Assembly (NCBI GenBank): GCA_963845565.1
Contig: CAWJSJ010000005.1
Location: 256,001-320,000, forward strand
Source of the DNA: an uncultured Methylomirabilota bacterium
GTDB taxonomy: Bacteria > Methylomirabilota > Methylomirabilia > Methylomirabilales > 2-02-FULL-66-22
DNA length: 64,000 nt
Direction of reading: 5' to 3'
Under the pieces are notes generated by a model. That model saw nothing but the letters and a program-made list of their open reading frames with translations. It did no database searches and was not told the DNA's origin. The position numbers and the translations under genes were made by a program. This document shows, in pieces, positions 9,729-19,747 of the stretch. Position 1 is the stretch's first letter, and every line of letters begins with the position of its first letter.

Positions 9729-10513
9729 CGCACGCCTCCCGCAACCAGGCGCGCGCGCATCTCGCCGGTCCGGCGGAGCCAGCCGGCCAGGACACGATTA
9801 AAGGCCTCCGGCTGCTCCAACATGGGCGCATGGCCGCAGCACGGGAGGAAGAAGAGCTCGGACCGCGGGATCAGGGCGTGAAACCGATGCGCGACCTCGG
9901 GCGGCGTGATCCGGTCATCCGCCCCCCAGATGATGCAGGTCGGCGCCCCAACGGTCGGCAAGCGCGCCTCCATGTTGCGATGCTTGGCCGCCCGGGCCGC
10001 TTGGAGCAGGCGAAGCACAGATGACCGGGTGGTCACCGCGCGCTGGACCGATTCCACCCACTGGGTTGTCACCATGGCCGGATTGTAGAACACCTCTTCC
10101 ATCTTGGTGCGGACCCATGACGGGGTGGGGCGATGCGGCACGCCACGAGTGAAGCTGCGCTCGAAGAGGCCGGACGAACCGGTGAGGACCAGCCCGGATA
10201 CCCGGTCTGGGTGGGCGAGGGCGAGCTCCAGCGCCACGTGGCCGCCGAGAGAGTTGCCACCGATGACGGCACGGGCGATCCCCTGCGCGTCGAGGAAGGC
10301 GCGCACCCAGCCGCACAGTTCCAGGGGAGACACCTCGAGCAGAAACGGCTCGAAGATGGGGAGCGTGAGGGCGATGGGCCGACAGAAGTCGCTCAGGACT
10401 CCCAGCGAGTCCGTCCAGTGGTCCATATCCCCCATCAGTCCGTGCAACAGCAGCACCGCCTCGCCTTTTCCCCGCTCGTGCCACCGGAATTGCGGATGAA
10501 CGTCCTGACTCAC
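9725..10513 (-). CDS. Alpha/beta-fold hydrolase
   Basis: GTG start after AAGGAGG; LLLHGLMG, GGNSLGG (Ser), WGADDRIT (Asp), CGHAPM (His); stop overlaps the GH3 start. Confidence 0.9.
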   Translation of the reverse strand: MSQDVHPQFRWHERGKGEAVLLLHGLMGDMDHWTDSLGVLSDFCRPIALTLPIFEPFLLEVSPLELCGWVRAFLDAQGIARAVIGGNSLGGHVALELALAHPDRVSGLVLTGSSGLFERSFTRGVPHRPTPSWVRTKMEEVFYNPAMVTTQWVESVQRAVTTRSSVLRLLQAARAAKHRNMEARLPTVGAPTCIIWGADDRITPPEVAHRFHALIPRSELFFLPCCGHAPMLEQPEAFNRVLAGWLRRTGEMRARLVAGGVR

Positions 10514-10607
10514 CTGTGCCTCCTTGTCGGCGGTCTGGGGGACCGCGGGTCGCGCCGGTTGCCGGCGCCGCACTGCTTGGAAGATGGCAGAGAGATATCG
10601 GCTGCGG

Positions 10608-10645
10608 GTTGCATTTGGATGACCTGGCGGTGACGCGACCGTGAA
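10608..10645 (-). promoter_or_regulatory. Pho-box-like array upstream of the hydrolase-GH3 operon
   Basis: Minus-strand TTCAC/GTCAC/GTCAT/GCAAC at 10641/10630/10619/10608. Confidence 0.7.
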
Positions 10646-10807
10646 ATCCTCGGCGCGATCGCGCCTCCAGTCAGTGAATCCACGGCCGCCGTGTGCTTTC
10701 CGCTTGACACTCGCCGCCGCCGTACGGCATCCTCCAGACCGCCTTACTGCGCATGAGTATGGGATCGGGTTCAGGCGGGCTCGGGAGGTCATGGAGGGAA
10801 CAGCGGC

Positions 10808-11930
10808 ATGGCCAAGTTCGTCGGTATCCTGACGTCTGGAGGCGATTGCCCCGGCTTGAACGCTGCGATCCGCGGGGTGGGCAAGGCCGCGCTCGGTTTC
10901 TACGGCATGCAGGTGATCGGGTTTCGCGACGGTTTTCGCGGGTTCATGGAGAACCGCACCATGGAGCTTGACGGCGACATGCTCTCGGGCATTTTGACCC
11001 AGGGCGGCACGATCCTGGGTACCAGCCGGGACAAGCCGCATCGCATGCCGGTTGGCGGGAAGGTCGTCGATGTGACCGACGTGATCGTGGACAACTACCA
11101 CAAGCACCACCTCGACGTGCTGGTGTGTCTGGGCGGCGGCGGGACGCAGAAGAACGCCTATCGGTTGGCGCAGAAGGGCCTGAACATCATCACGTTGCCG
11201 AAGACCATTGATAACGACGTGACTCTGACCGACGTGACGTTCGGTTTCGACACGGCGCTCGGCGTCGCGACGGAGGCCATCGACCGCTTGCACAGCACGG
11301 CGCACAGCCATCACCGGATCATCGTCGTGGAGATCATGGGGAACAAGGTGGGCTGGTTGGCTCTGGGTGCCGGCATCGCCGGCGGCGCCGATGCCATCCT
11401 GATCCCGGAGATTCCGTACGAGGTGGAGCGTGTCGCCGACGCCATCCGTAGCCGCAGCCACCGGGGGAAGCGATTCAGCCTGGTTGCCGTGGCCGAGGGG
11501 GCCATCTCCAGGCAGAAGGTGCACGCCCTGCGCGCGGCAGAGAACAAGGTTGCCAAAGCCAAATCGCGAGCAGATCAAGCCAGCGCCGAGGCCGAATTGA
11601 AGCAGCTCGAAGCCCAACACGCCGGCAACACGATGCGGCTGGCGCGGGAACTGGAAGAGCTCACCGGTCTTGAGTCGCGCGTCACCATCCTGGGTTATCT
11701 CCAGCGCGGCGGGACGCCGTCGGCGGCGGATCGGCTCCTGGCCACTCGCCTGGGAACCGGCGTGTGCGGATCTCATCAAGAAGGGACGGTACGGCGTCAT
11801 GGTGGCGGCGCGTGCGGATGAAACCAGGCCCGTGCCGCTTGAGGAGGTCTCCAGGCGACTGAAGTTCGTCCCGCCCGATCACCCGTGGGTCGCCACGGCG
11901 CGCCGGGTCGGCACGTGTCTGGGGGATTGA
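10808..11930 (+). CDS. pfkA: 6-phosphofructokinase (group III-like), frameshift near 11760
   Basis: [48 protein letters not shown]-terminus ([16 protein letters not shown]...GTCLGD) in another frame; TTGACA at 10704. Confidence 0.9.
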
Positions 11931-12061
11931 CCGGTGAACTCGTTGCCGTTGGCGTGCGCCGAAGTGGAGGAAGGCGAACATCCGGAGAGGCCGCGTTCGA
12001 AAGATAAAAGGGGTCCAGGTGGTACCTGGTCCCTGCCGGTATCCTGGTGCGGGAAAAGTGA

Positions 12062-13672
12062 TCAGCCGGCCGTGGTTTCGCCCCGGCCGGGCGTCTGTGG
12101 CGTGGCTTTCAGGGCTCCGAGGTGTTTGCGCACGGAGCGCCTATCAAACCGCGACCACAGCTTGACCAGGCGGCCGCGGCGCTTGCGGGCGATGTCCCGC
12201 TGGACCTGGATGAGAGCGCCCAACTGGAGGAGCGCCTCGGGGCCGATTTGTTCGCGCTGAACCATCTCCTTGGCCAGATCTTGGATCCTGCCGATCGCGG
12301 TCACCGCGTCTTGGTGTTCCCCTAAGCAGTCCTGGAATCGCACCATGGTTCGGATATAGTTCGCCAGCGGGTCGGCGCCGGAGGCCGGGTCGCCGAAGGC
12401 CTCCCGGAAGAACTCGCTGGCGTACCGCAGGCGTTTGCAGAGAATCCGTAATCGGTGGAGGTCGGCCGCGGGCGTCGTGGGGCCGACGGTTCGCCCGAGG
12501 CGAAGGACCCGCCTCTGGGCTTTTTCGAGGAGCACCGGTCCAATCTCGGCGACGGGAAGGGTGTGGGCGCCAGGATGCGGCCGAGGAGGTGGCGAGGACG
12601 CCAATGCGTCCAGACGACACATCAGTGCCTGAAAGCGCCGGGAGGTCAAGGCTGCCGTAAGGGCTACCCGTGCCGGCTGTCGCCGTCGCACCAGTTCCGC
12701 CGTCAGGAGCGCCGCGATAGCATCCGCCTCTCCTAACCGCTGGGCCTGTTCCCGGAGGTTGAGGATGAAGACGTCGAGGTCTCGCACGGTGCCCAGACGT
12801 TGGGCCACCCAACCGAGGTCTCGGCGCAGGGCGTCGGCCCGTCTGGGGCCGAGGGCGCCGGCAAAGAGCCGAAGAGCAGAGCGCAGCCGTCGGGTGGCCA
12901 CGCGCAGATCGTGGAGGTATTCGGGGTCCTCGCCCTCGATGGTGCCCGCGAGGTTGGCCCGCATCTTCACGGCCTGCTGGCCGATCACCTTCCGGGCCGC
13001 CACCGTCAGCGTGTCGTCGGGGCGCATGCGGAGATGATCCGGCAGGGGAGCGCCGGGTTCCGAAAGGTTCAGCGTCAGGAGTGCCACGCGACAGGTGTCG
13101 CCCGCCGCCGCAGAAAGCCCCAACCGGTCGCGCACATCGGTGATGACCCGGAGGAATGCGTCCGCGTCTCCCCCGACGAGGCGTACGGTGAACAGGCCAA
13201 CGGATCGCGCTCCCTTCGGCCAACCCTCGCGTGGCGGCGCGGCGATGAAGCGCTCGGCCCGAAACAAAAACGCCGCCCCGGAAGAACTTTGGACAGGGGT
13301 TGCCGACACGAGCGACCGAAGCCGGACCAAGGGAAGCAGGAGTCGCCCATCTGCGAGTGTGCTTGCCGGCGGAGGGACCCCGGCGGTGTCGGGGGAAAGG
13401 CTCGGGAAAGGGAAGGTGCCCTCGAAAGGGTCCTGACGCTCCCCCTCGGGGCCCGAGAGATGCCAGACCGTGCCTTGTCCGGTCCGCCGGATGGACAGGC
13501 GGCACCCTCCCCTGGCGAGACGCCCATCTTGGGTCTCCAGGAAGAGGCATTCCTCGCGAAAGACGGCCGGCGGACCGCCGCTATAGCCCACACGTCGGAG
13601 GGACCGGAGCAGCGCCGACGGCGACCTCCCAGCGGGAAGACCGAACCAACTCACGACGTGTCCGCTGTCCAT
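12062..13672 (-). CDS. CHAD-domain (polyphosphate-binding) protein with degenerate CYTH-like N-terminus
   Basis: DPEYLHDLRVATRRLRSAL, LGTVRDLDV, LHRLRILCKRLRY, QDCLGEHQD. Confidence 0.9.
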   Translation of the reverse strand: MDSGHVVSWFGLPAGRSPSALLRSLRRVGYSGGPPAVFREECLFLETQDGRLARGGCRLSIRRTGQGTVWHLSGPEGERQDPFEGTFPFPSLSPDTAGVPPPASTLADGRLLLPLVRLRSLVSATPVQSSSGAAFLFRAERFIAAPPREGWPKGARSVGLFTVRLVGGDADAFLRVITDVRDRLGLSAAAGDTCRVALLTLNLSEPGAPLPDHLRMRPDDTLTVAARKVIGQQAVKMRANLAGTIEGEDPEYLHDLRVATRRLRSALRLFAGALGPRRADALRRDLGWVAQRLGTVRDLDVFILNLREQAQRLGEADAIAALLTAELVRRRQPARVALTAALTSRRFQALMCRLDALASSPPPRPHPGAHTLPVAEIGPVLLEKAQRRVLRLGRTVGPTTPAADLHRLRILCKRLRYASEFFREAFGDPASGADPLANYIRTMVRFQDCLGEHQDAVTAIGRIQDLAKEMVQREQIGPEALLQLGALIQVQRDIARKRRGRLVKLWSRFDRRSVRKHLGALKATPQTPGRGETTAG

Positions 13673-13723
13673 TCCGGTCCGCTCCCTTGGAGCGAGGGGC
13701 CTCGGAGAGATCTCTGCGTGTGG

Positions 13724-14059
13724 TTATGCGTCCGGCGGAATCCGCCCGCTCAGCGATTCCAGCAGAGCCTCGATCCGCCCGAGATCCTTGAGGCGGCCCT
13801 TCTTGGGTTTCAGCTTGAGAGTCTGGATGTCGGCCAACATGGCGGAGAGGGCGGGCGTGTGAGGCAGTACTGGGCGGTCGCCGGACACGCCTTCACCGCT
13901 CAGCGAGTGCGCGAGTCCGACCAACTCGCCGTCCAAACGGTCGAAGAGCGCCGTGCCGATGTTTCTGAGGACCGGTCGGAGCTTTGCGAGTTCCCGGGCG
14001 ACCTGCTGGGCGAGTTCCGGACGGGTGGGCAATTTGGTCCGCTTGGATCGCTTCGCCAT
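13724..14059 (-). CDS. Hypothetical basic helical protein in the tmk-tmk-CHAD operon
   Basis: MAKRSKRTKLPTRPELA...LKLKPKKGRLKDLGRIEALLE; co-oriented, short gaps. Confidence 0.65.
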   Translation of the reverse strand: MAKRSKRTKLPTRPELAQQVARELAKLRPVLRNIGTALFDRLDGELVGLAHSLSGEGVSGDRPVLPHTPALSAMLADIQTLKLKPKKGRLKDLGRIEALLESLSGRIPPDA

Positions 14060-14081
14060 GTCGCGCCGACCGGCCATCGTC

Positions 14082-14885
14082 TTAGACGGCTGGCGCTTTC
14101 CTGGTGCGTCGGCGCGGGGGAGCTTGCGGCGACCCTGACGTGTCGGCGTCCCGGTTGGCCGAGGCATGACGTTCCCTCCTCACCTCTCGCGTTGCGGCGC
14201 GGTCCAGGACGAGTTGAATCCTGCCTTGCAGGTCTCGATCCACCGCGGCAATGGTGCGGTTGGCATTGACGAGCTCAAAGTCGTATTTCTTCTGCATCTT
14301 GAAGAACTCGCTCCGTATTCGCCGCTGATACCGGACGAAACTCTGAAACCAGTCACGACTCAGGCCGCAGTCCATCCCGGACTCCCAGTAATCCAGCTCG
14401 GCGTGGCTTTGAAACGTGCGCTGCACCAGGGTCGGGAGGGATGCCGTCAGGTAGAAGACCGCGTCGGGGACGAGCGCCATGGAATACACCGAGGCGACCC
14501 AATCGGGCTCGGCGCCCCGTACGATGGCTCTGGCCATGAGCGTGTAGATGTAGCGATCCGCCAGGACCACGAAACCGGCGCGCAGGGCCGGCACGATGCG
14601 ATTCTCCAACTGGTCGTAAAAGTCCGTGGCGTAAAAAAGGCCCAGGGTACGCGGACTCAGGATGTTCCCTTCCTTGGCGCGCTCCAGCTCGGCGCCGACG
14701 AGGTCGGAACGCCGCAAACCCGCCTGGGCCACGGCATGCCCCTGCTGCTCCAGCCACTGGCCCAGCAGCGCGATCTGGGTGGAGCGCCCAGACGAGTCGG
14801 GTCCCTCGATCACGATCAAGGTCCCCGAGAGCTTGCTCAGGTCCACCCCGGCCAAGGCCGTGCCGTAGGTGTGCTTGGGAGTCAC
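14082..14885 (-). CDS. Thymidylate-kinase-like protein with variant P-loop (second of a tandem pair)
   Basis: IVIEGPDSSGRSTQ, VLADRYIYT, YWESGMD. Confidence 0.85.
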   Translation of the reverse strand: MTPKHTYGTALAGVDLSKLSGTLIVIEGPDSSGRSTQIALLGQWLEQQGHAVAQAGLRRSDLVGAELERAKEGNILSPRTLGLFYATDFYDQLENRIVPALRAGFVVLADRYIYTLMARAIVRGAEPDWVASVYSMALVPDAVFYLTASLPTLVQRTFQSHAELDYWESGMDCGLSRDWFQSFVRYQRRIRSEFFKMQKKYDFELVNANRTIAAVDRDLQGRIQLVLDRAATREVRRERHASANRDADTSGSPQAPPRRRTRKAPAV

Positions 14886-15568
14886 TGGACGTACCTCTTA
14901 TGGAAGAAGCCCAGGTCGACGCGTTCTTGGACCAAACTCCGGACAATGACCTGCTGGCGGTGCACCGATTGGGTGGCATCCAACACGGTGAACCCGAACT
15001 CATCTACCATCTTCAGGTACTCGTCGAGGACCCGCTTCTGAAAGATTCGGAAACTCTCCGTGATGTCGGGGCTCAAGTCCAGGTCCATGCCGGCTTCAAA
15101 AAACTTGAGCTGGGGCCGTCCTTCCAGGATCCGGCCCAGGGCCACGTCGAGGGGAAGCTTGAAGAAGAGCGTGAGATCCGGCATCCTGGCGAATCCGTAC
15201 ATCTTCCTCAACCACCCTCGGTCGCAGCCGCGCACGGCGTCCCGGGCGAAGGCCGTGAAGATGTACCGATCGCACAGGACCAGGTATCCCGCCCGGAGGA
15301 GAGGCAGGATCTGACGCTCGTACCGGTCGGCGAAGTCCGTGGCGTGGATGAGGCTGAAGGTGGTCGGGGTGAGAAGTTGCCGTTTCTTCCCCTTGCGCGT
15401 GGCTTCCCGGACCAGGACCGACGAGTTCCACTCGGAGAAGAACACCCGGTGTCCCTTCCCGAGCAGCCACTGGTGCACCAGGTGGATCTGGGTGGACTTC
15501 CCCGACCCGTCGAGGCCCTCGACGGCGATGAGCTTGCCGGGAAGCTTCTCGTCTCGCTCCAACGTCAT
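14882..15568 (-). CDS. Thymidylate-kinase-like protein (first of a tandem pair)
   Basis: IAVEGLDGSGKSTQ, SEWNSS, VLCDRYIFTAFARD, FEAGMD. Confidence 0.88.
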   Translation of the reverse strand: MTLERDEKLPGKLIAVEGLDGSGKSTQIHLVHQWLLGKGHRVFFSEWNSSVLVREATRKGKKRQLLTPTTFSLIHATDFADRYERQILPLLRAGYLVLCDRYIFTAFARDAVRGCDRGWLRKMYGFARMPDLTLFFKLPLDVALGRILEGRPQLKFFEAGMDLDLSPDITESFRIFQKRVLDEYLKMVDEFGFTVLDATQSVHRQQVIVRSLVQERVDLGFFHKRYVQ

Positions 15569-15679
15569 GCGATCTCCCCTAAGCGGACCCGGATGGCGTC
15601 TACATCGACACGGACTTTTCTACTACGTCCCGCGGCCGTTTGCAAGCCGCTCTCTCTTTGGATTTTTGGCCATTATTGC

Positions 15680-17011
15680 TCAGAGGATGTTGGCGGCCAA
15701 CTCGGCGAGCTCGGACCGCTCACCCTTGATGAGCTCGATGTGCGCCGCGATCGCCTTGTCCCTGAATTTCGAAATGATGTGGGTGAATCCGCTGGAGGCA
15801 AAGTCAAGATAAGGTGTATCTATCTGAGATAGATCTCCGGTAAAGCAGATCTTCGTGCCCGGTCCGACACGGGTCAAAATCGTCTTTGCCTCCAATGGCG
15901 TTAGGTTCTGCGCCTCATCGATCACGATGAATTGCCCCGCGAGACTCCGCCCGCGAATGTAGCTCAGCGCTTCAACCTCGATCGTCCCATTCCGCATCAA
16001 ATCCGAGGTGCGTTGCCCTCCGTTCCCTCCAAGATCCCCCAGCATGTCCAAGGCATCGTGGATTGGCTGCATCCAGGGGTCGAGCTTCTCTTCGAGCGTG
16101 CCGGGAAGGAAGCCCAGTTCCTTCCCCACGGGAACCGTGGGTCGCGCTATGACCAGGCGGCGGAAATCGCGCGTCCTGGCGACCTGGTGCAGGCCTGCGG
16201 CAACCGCAAGCAGAGTCTTTCCTGTGCCGGCTTTGCCCGAGAGTGTCACCAGCCTGACGTCTTCCGCCAGTAGGGCGTCCAAGGCGTAGTGCTGCTCGCG
16301 GTTCTGCGCCTTGATACCTCCGATCGGTTCCTGCGCACGGAGCGGGACAACGCAGCCGCTAGTCGCGTCGACTCGGGCGAGGAGGCTTTGTTTGGGATTG
16401 GCTGTACTTGTAAGTGTACAGTACTCGTTTGGATGCCGGGGCCCATCGCCATTGAGGGAGAGGATGCCCGAACTTCGGAAGGCCGCGAGAGCATCCGGGG
16501 ATACGGCCAACTCGAACGTGCCGGGATAGAGATCGCCGGTCTTGATGTGATCAGTCTCGTAGTCCTCCGCGCAGAGTCCGAGTGCATCGGCTTTGATGCG
16601 GAGGTTGATGTCCTTCGTGACGAGGATCGTCGGCGTGTCCGGATTCTCGGCTTGAATCTCGCGCGTCAAGTCGACGAGGCGGTCATCCACGCTGCCGCTG
16701 TCATTCGCCGGTCGCCCGCCGTTCCGAGGTGGAAGAACGACCTGGAGGCGACCTCCATTCGGAAGCGGAACGCCATCGCTCAGGCGGCCGAGTTTCCGGA
16801 AACCATCCAGGAGCCTGGACACGGTTCGCGCATGGGCTCCGCGGTCGCTCGATTCCCGCTTGAATTTGTCGATCTCCTCCAGGACCTCGATTGGGATGAT
16901 GACCGTATTGTCCTGGAAATCGAGAAGCGAATATGGATTGTGGACGAGGACATTTGTGTCGCAGAGGTATAGCTTGGGTCGATTGACCAGCGTCATCGCG
17001 TCCCTCAACAC
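15680..17011 (-). CDS. phoH: PIN-PhoH (PhoH2) ATPase/RNase
   Basis: YLCDTNVL, LVTKDINLRIKA, GKAGTGKT, LGFLPGTLEEK, YIRGRS, DEAQN, TGD..QID. Confidence 0.93.
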   Translation of the reverse strand: MLRDAMTLVNRPKLYLCDTNVLVHNPYSLLDFQDNTVIIPIEVLEEIDKFKRESSDRGAHARTVSRLLDGFRKLGRLSDGVPLPNGGRLQVVLPPRNGGRPANDSGSVDDRLVDLTREIQAENPDTPTILVTKDINLRIKADALGLCAEDYETDHIKTGDLYPGTFELAVSPDALAAFRSSGILSLNGDGPRHPNEYCTLTSTANPKQSLLARVDATSGCVVPLRAQEPIGGIKAQNREQHYALDALLAEDVRLVTLSGKAGTGKTLLAVAAGLHQVARTRDFRRLVIARPTVPVGKELGFLPGTLEEKLDPWMQPIHDALDMLGDLGGNGGQRTSDLMRNGTIEVEALSYIRGRSLAGQFIVIDEAQNLTPLEAKTILTRVGPGTKICFTGDLSQIDTPYLDFASSGFTHIISKFRDKAIAAHIELIKGERSELAELAANIL

Positions 17012-17260
17012 ATTAGACGAGGTTAGGGTGTGCGGACCGCCCGCGCGCAGCAGTGTAACACTGCGGCAAGATCTTCGCCCGGTAACGCTGTCTGCGGATC
17101 TGTGGCGGTTTAACCTGTATTCTCGGTGGGTTGTCGGGTGTGACGTTTAGTGCGCGGTCGCCGTTTGTGTCCGGAACGTAGTTTCTTATCAAGGTATCGC
17201 TGCTGCCTCCCTGTATGGGGATGAGGGTAGAATCATCCTGTCACCATTACCCTGTTTCAG

Positions 17261-17298
17261 GTGTCCAATAGGTGACAAATCGGTGGCAAAACGATGAA
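17261..17298 (-). promoter_or_regulatory. Pho-box-like array upstream of phoH
   Basis: Minus-strand TTCAT/GCCAC/GTCAC/GACAC at 17294/17283/17272/17261. Confidence 0.6.
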
Positions 17299-17498
17299 AT
17301 GTCTCAGGATCTTGGTCCGCTGCCGCGAACCGAGGGGCGTGGGCACTGGATCACCTAGTGGGGCCTGAAGAAGGAGCGGTGGCAGAATGACAGAGCCTGC
17401 CGGACCGCCGAGCGGTGGCGGTTGCGCGGATCCGGCGGGAGTGCGGCAGTTCCCAACCGACGCCATGGTTCGGTCGAAACCTGGACGCCCGTCATCGG

Positions 17499-17792
17499 TC
17501 ATCTCGCGCTTGGTTTCGCCCCGACCTGGGAAGTGTCGTGACCGATCGTGACGGGAATATCGGGACGTGCCGTGCGCCACGACAACCGGATGTCAACGGC
17601 GCAGTCCTCGTGTCTCTCGTGTGCCTCGATCTCCAACTGCAGGGTCTCGAATACCCGTGGCGCGGGTTGCCGATCCCAGACCGGGATGCTGACGCGATTC
17701 CGGAGGAGGCCGCGTGCCAGCTCACTGAGGTAGAAAGCGGCCTCGTCCTTGCTGATGGTCGAGAGGAGCTTGACCTTTGCCGTGCCAGCCAT
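17499..17792 (-). CDS. Amphi-Trp domain-like small protein
   Basis: 97 aa; SKDEAAFYLSELARGL...LQLEIEA...VDIRLSW pattern; Pho-like repeats at 17884-17910. Confidence 0.7.
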   Translation of the reverse strand: MAGTAKVKLLSTISKDEAAFYLSELARGLLRNRVSIPVWDRQPAPRVFETLQLEIEAHERHEDCAVDIRLSWRTARPDIPVTIGHDTSQVGAKPSAR

Positions 17793-18121
17793 AGTCTCAC
17801 CATACCGGTTCGGAAGTGAATCTGCCGCCGAAGAATGCTTTGGGCCTCATGCCCATGATTCTCCACGCACGCGTGTCTCGGCCGTCACGATCGAATGAAG
17901 AGTGTGTGACAATCAATCAACAGGATCGCACGGCCCGGCGCGAATTCACGGCCGAGTCACGGCGAGGTCACGTGTGGAAGGTGTCCTGTGAGAACCGTGA
18001 GGGGTGGGTCTCGTTGCGGACGGACCGCGCGGGTGACGACATGCTCTTGAGATGCGAAGAGGACCCGGCCGGCGGGCGCATGCCCTCATACGGCAAGACC
18101 GTCAGAGGATCATCGGCAGAT

Positions 18122-18787
18122 CTAGGAACCGGGCTGGGAGGTGTGGCGGATGTTCTTTCCCTCGGCCAAAAACACGACCATTTCGGCGATATTGGTGGCG
18201 TGGTCGGCGATGCGTTCGAGGTAACGGGACACCAGCAGGAGTCGGATGGCTCTCGGGATCGTGGCCGTGTCGCCCATCATGAAGGTGAGGAGCTCCCGGA
18301 ACACCTGATTCTTGAGGGCATCCACCCTGTTGTCGGCCGCTATGACGGCGCGCGCCATTTCCCCATCCTTGCGCACGAAGGCGTCCAGGCTGTCCCGGAG
18401 CATCTTCTGGGACAGCTGGCTCATGATGGGAATGTCGATGTACGGCTTGAGCTGCGGTTCTTCGTTCAACTCAATGGCCCTCTCCGAGATGTTCACGGCC
18501 TGGTCCGCCATCCGCTCGAGATCGGTGATGATCTTCATGGCGGTGGTGATGAACCGCAAGTCGCCGGCAGCGGGTTGGTGCAAGGCGAGCAGGCGAAGAC
18601 AGTCTCCGTCGATCTCCACCTCCAGGTGGTCCACTTTTTCGTCGAAGGCGATAGTCTCCTCCGCCAGTTTCGAGTCACGGTCTACCAGGGACGTGACGGC
18701 GCGCTCGACCATATCCTCGACCAGGCTGCCCAGTCGAAGCGTCTTCTGTTTGACCTGATTCAGTTCGTCGTGAAAATGCCGCTCCAT
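18122..18787 (-). CDS. phoU: Phosphate signalling complex protein PhoU
   Basis: LALHQPAAGDLR, DLERMADQA, YLERIADHATNIAE. Confidence 0.97.
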   Translation of the reverse strand: MERHFHDELNQVKQKTLRLGSLVEDMVERAVTSLVDRDSKLAEETIAFDEKVDHLEVEIDGDCLRLLALHQPAAGDLRFITTAMKIITDLERMADQAVNISERAIELNEEPQLKPYIDIPIMSQLSQKMLRDSLDAFVRKDGEMARAVIAADNRVDALKNQVFRELLTFMMGDTATIPRAIRLLLVSRYLERIADHATNIAEMVVFLAEGKNIRHTSQPGS

Positions 18788-18878
18788 GGCTCCCTCGCCG
18801 GTGCCCCGGGCACCCGTGTGCCGGTACGCCCCATAGGTCGGTCGATCTGGCCGCCGACCGTTTCCAGCGACATCCGGA

Positions 18879-19730
18879 TCAACCGAAGCGCCCGGTGATG
18901 TAGTCTTCCGTCCGACGGTCACCCGGATTGGTGAAGATGCGGGTCGTCTCGTCGAACTCCACCATCTCGCCCAACAGGAAGAATCCTGTGAAGTCCGACA
19001 CCCGCGCAGCCTGCTGCATGTTGTGGGTCACGATCACGATCGTGTACCGGTTCTTCAGGGTATGGATCAACTCCTCGATCTTTCCCGTGGAGATGGGGTC
19101 GAGGGCGGAACAGGGCTCGTCCATGAGGAGCACCTCGGGCTCCACCGCGAGCGCGCGCGCGATGCACAGGCGCTGCTGCTGTCCGCCGGAGATCCCCAGA
19201 CCGCTCTCGTGCAAGCGATCCTTCACCTCCTCCCAGAGCGCCGCACCCTGGAGGCTCCGTTCCACGATCTCGTCCAGGCGCGAGTCTCGGATCCCGTAGA
19301 TGCGGGGACCGTACGCCACGTTGTCGTAGATGGATTTCGGGAACGGGTTGGACTTCTGGAACACCATCCCGACCCGCTTGCGCAACTCCGAGACGTTCAA
19401 CGTCGGATCGGAGATCTCCTGGGTGCCGATCCGAATGGATCCGGTGATCGTCACGTTATCGATCAGGTCGTTCAACCGGTTGAAGCACCGGAGCAGCGTG
19501 GTCTTTCCGCAGCCCGAGGGGCCGATGAAGGCGGTCGCCTTCTTTCCGGGGATGTCCAGGTTCACGTTGAAGAGCGCCTGCTTCGCCCCGTACTTCAGAT
19601 TGACATCTTTGACCTGAATCATCGGGTCAACGATTGTGAGCACCCTGGACCTCGGGGACGCTTGGGGTTGGTCGGGCGGATTATCCCGCCGGACCTCGGA
19701 ACCTGTCAACGGAAGGTTGAGCAGCGACAT
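18879..19730 (-). CDS. pstB: Phosphate ABC transporter ATPase
   Basis: [59 protein letters not shown]. Confidence 0.97.
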   Translation of the reverse strand: MSLLNLPLTGSEVRRDNPPDQPQASPRSRVLTIVDPMIQVKDVNLKYGAKQALFNVNLDIPGKKATAFIGPSGCGKTTLLRCFNRLNDLIDNVTITGSIRIGTQEISDPTLNVSELRKRVGMVFQKSNPFPKSIYDNVAYGPRIYGIRDSRLDEIVERSLQGAALWEEVKDRLHESGLGISGGQQQRLCIARALAVEPEVLLMDEPCSALDPISTGKIEELIHTLKNRYTIVIVTHNMQQAARVSDFTGFFLLGEMVEFDETTRIFTNPGDRRTEDYITGRFG

Positions 19731-19747
19731 GGAACCTCTCCCTGGCA

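Noticed and set aside
9725..11800. 691-aa ORF suggesting a fusion onto the alpha/beta hydrolase
   Set aside because: The upstream part is antisense to pfkA; the real start is GTG 10513 with an AAGGAGG RBS.
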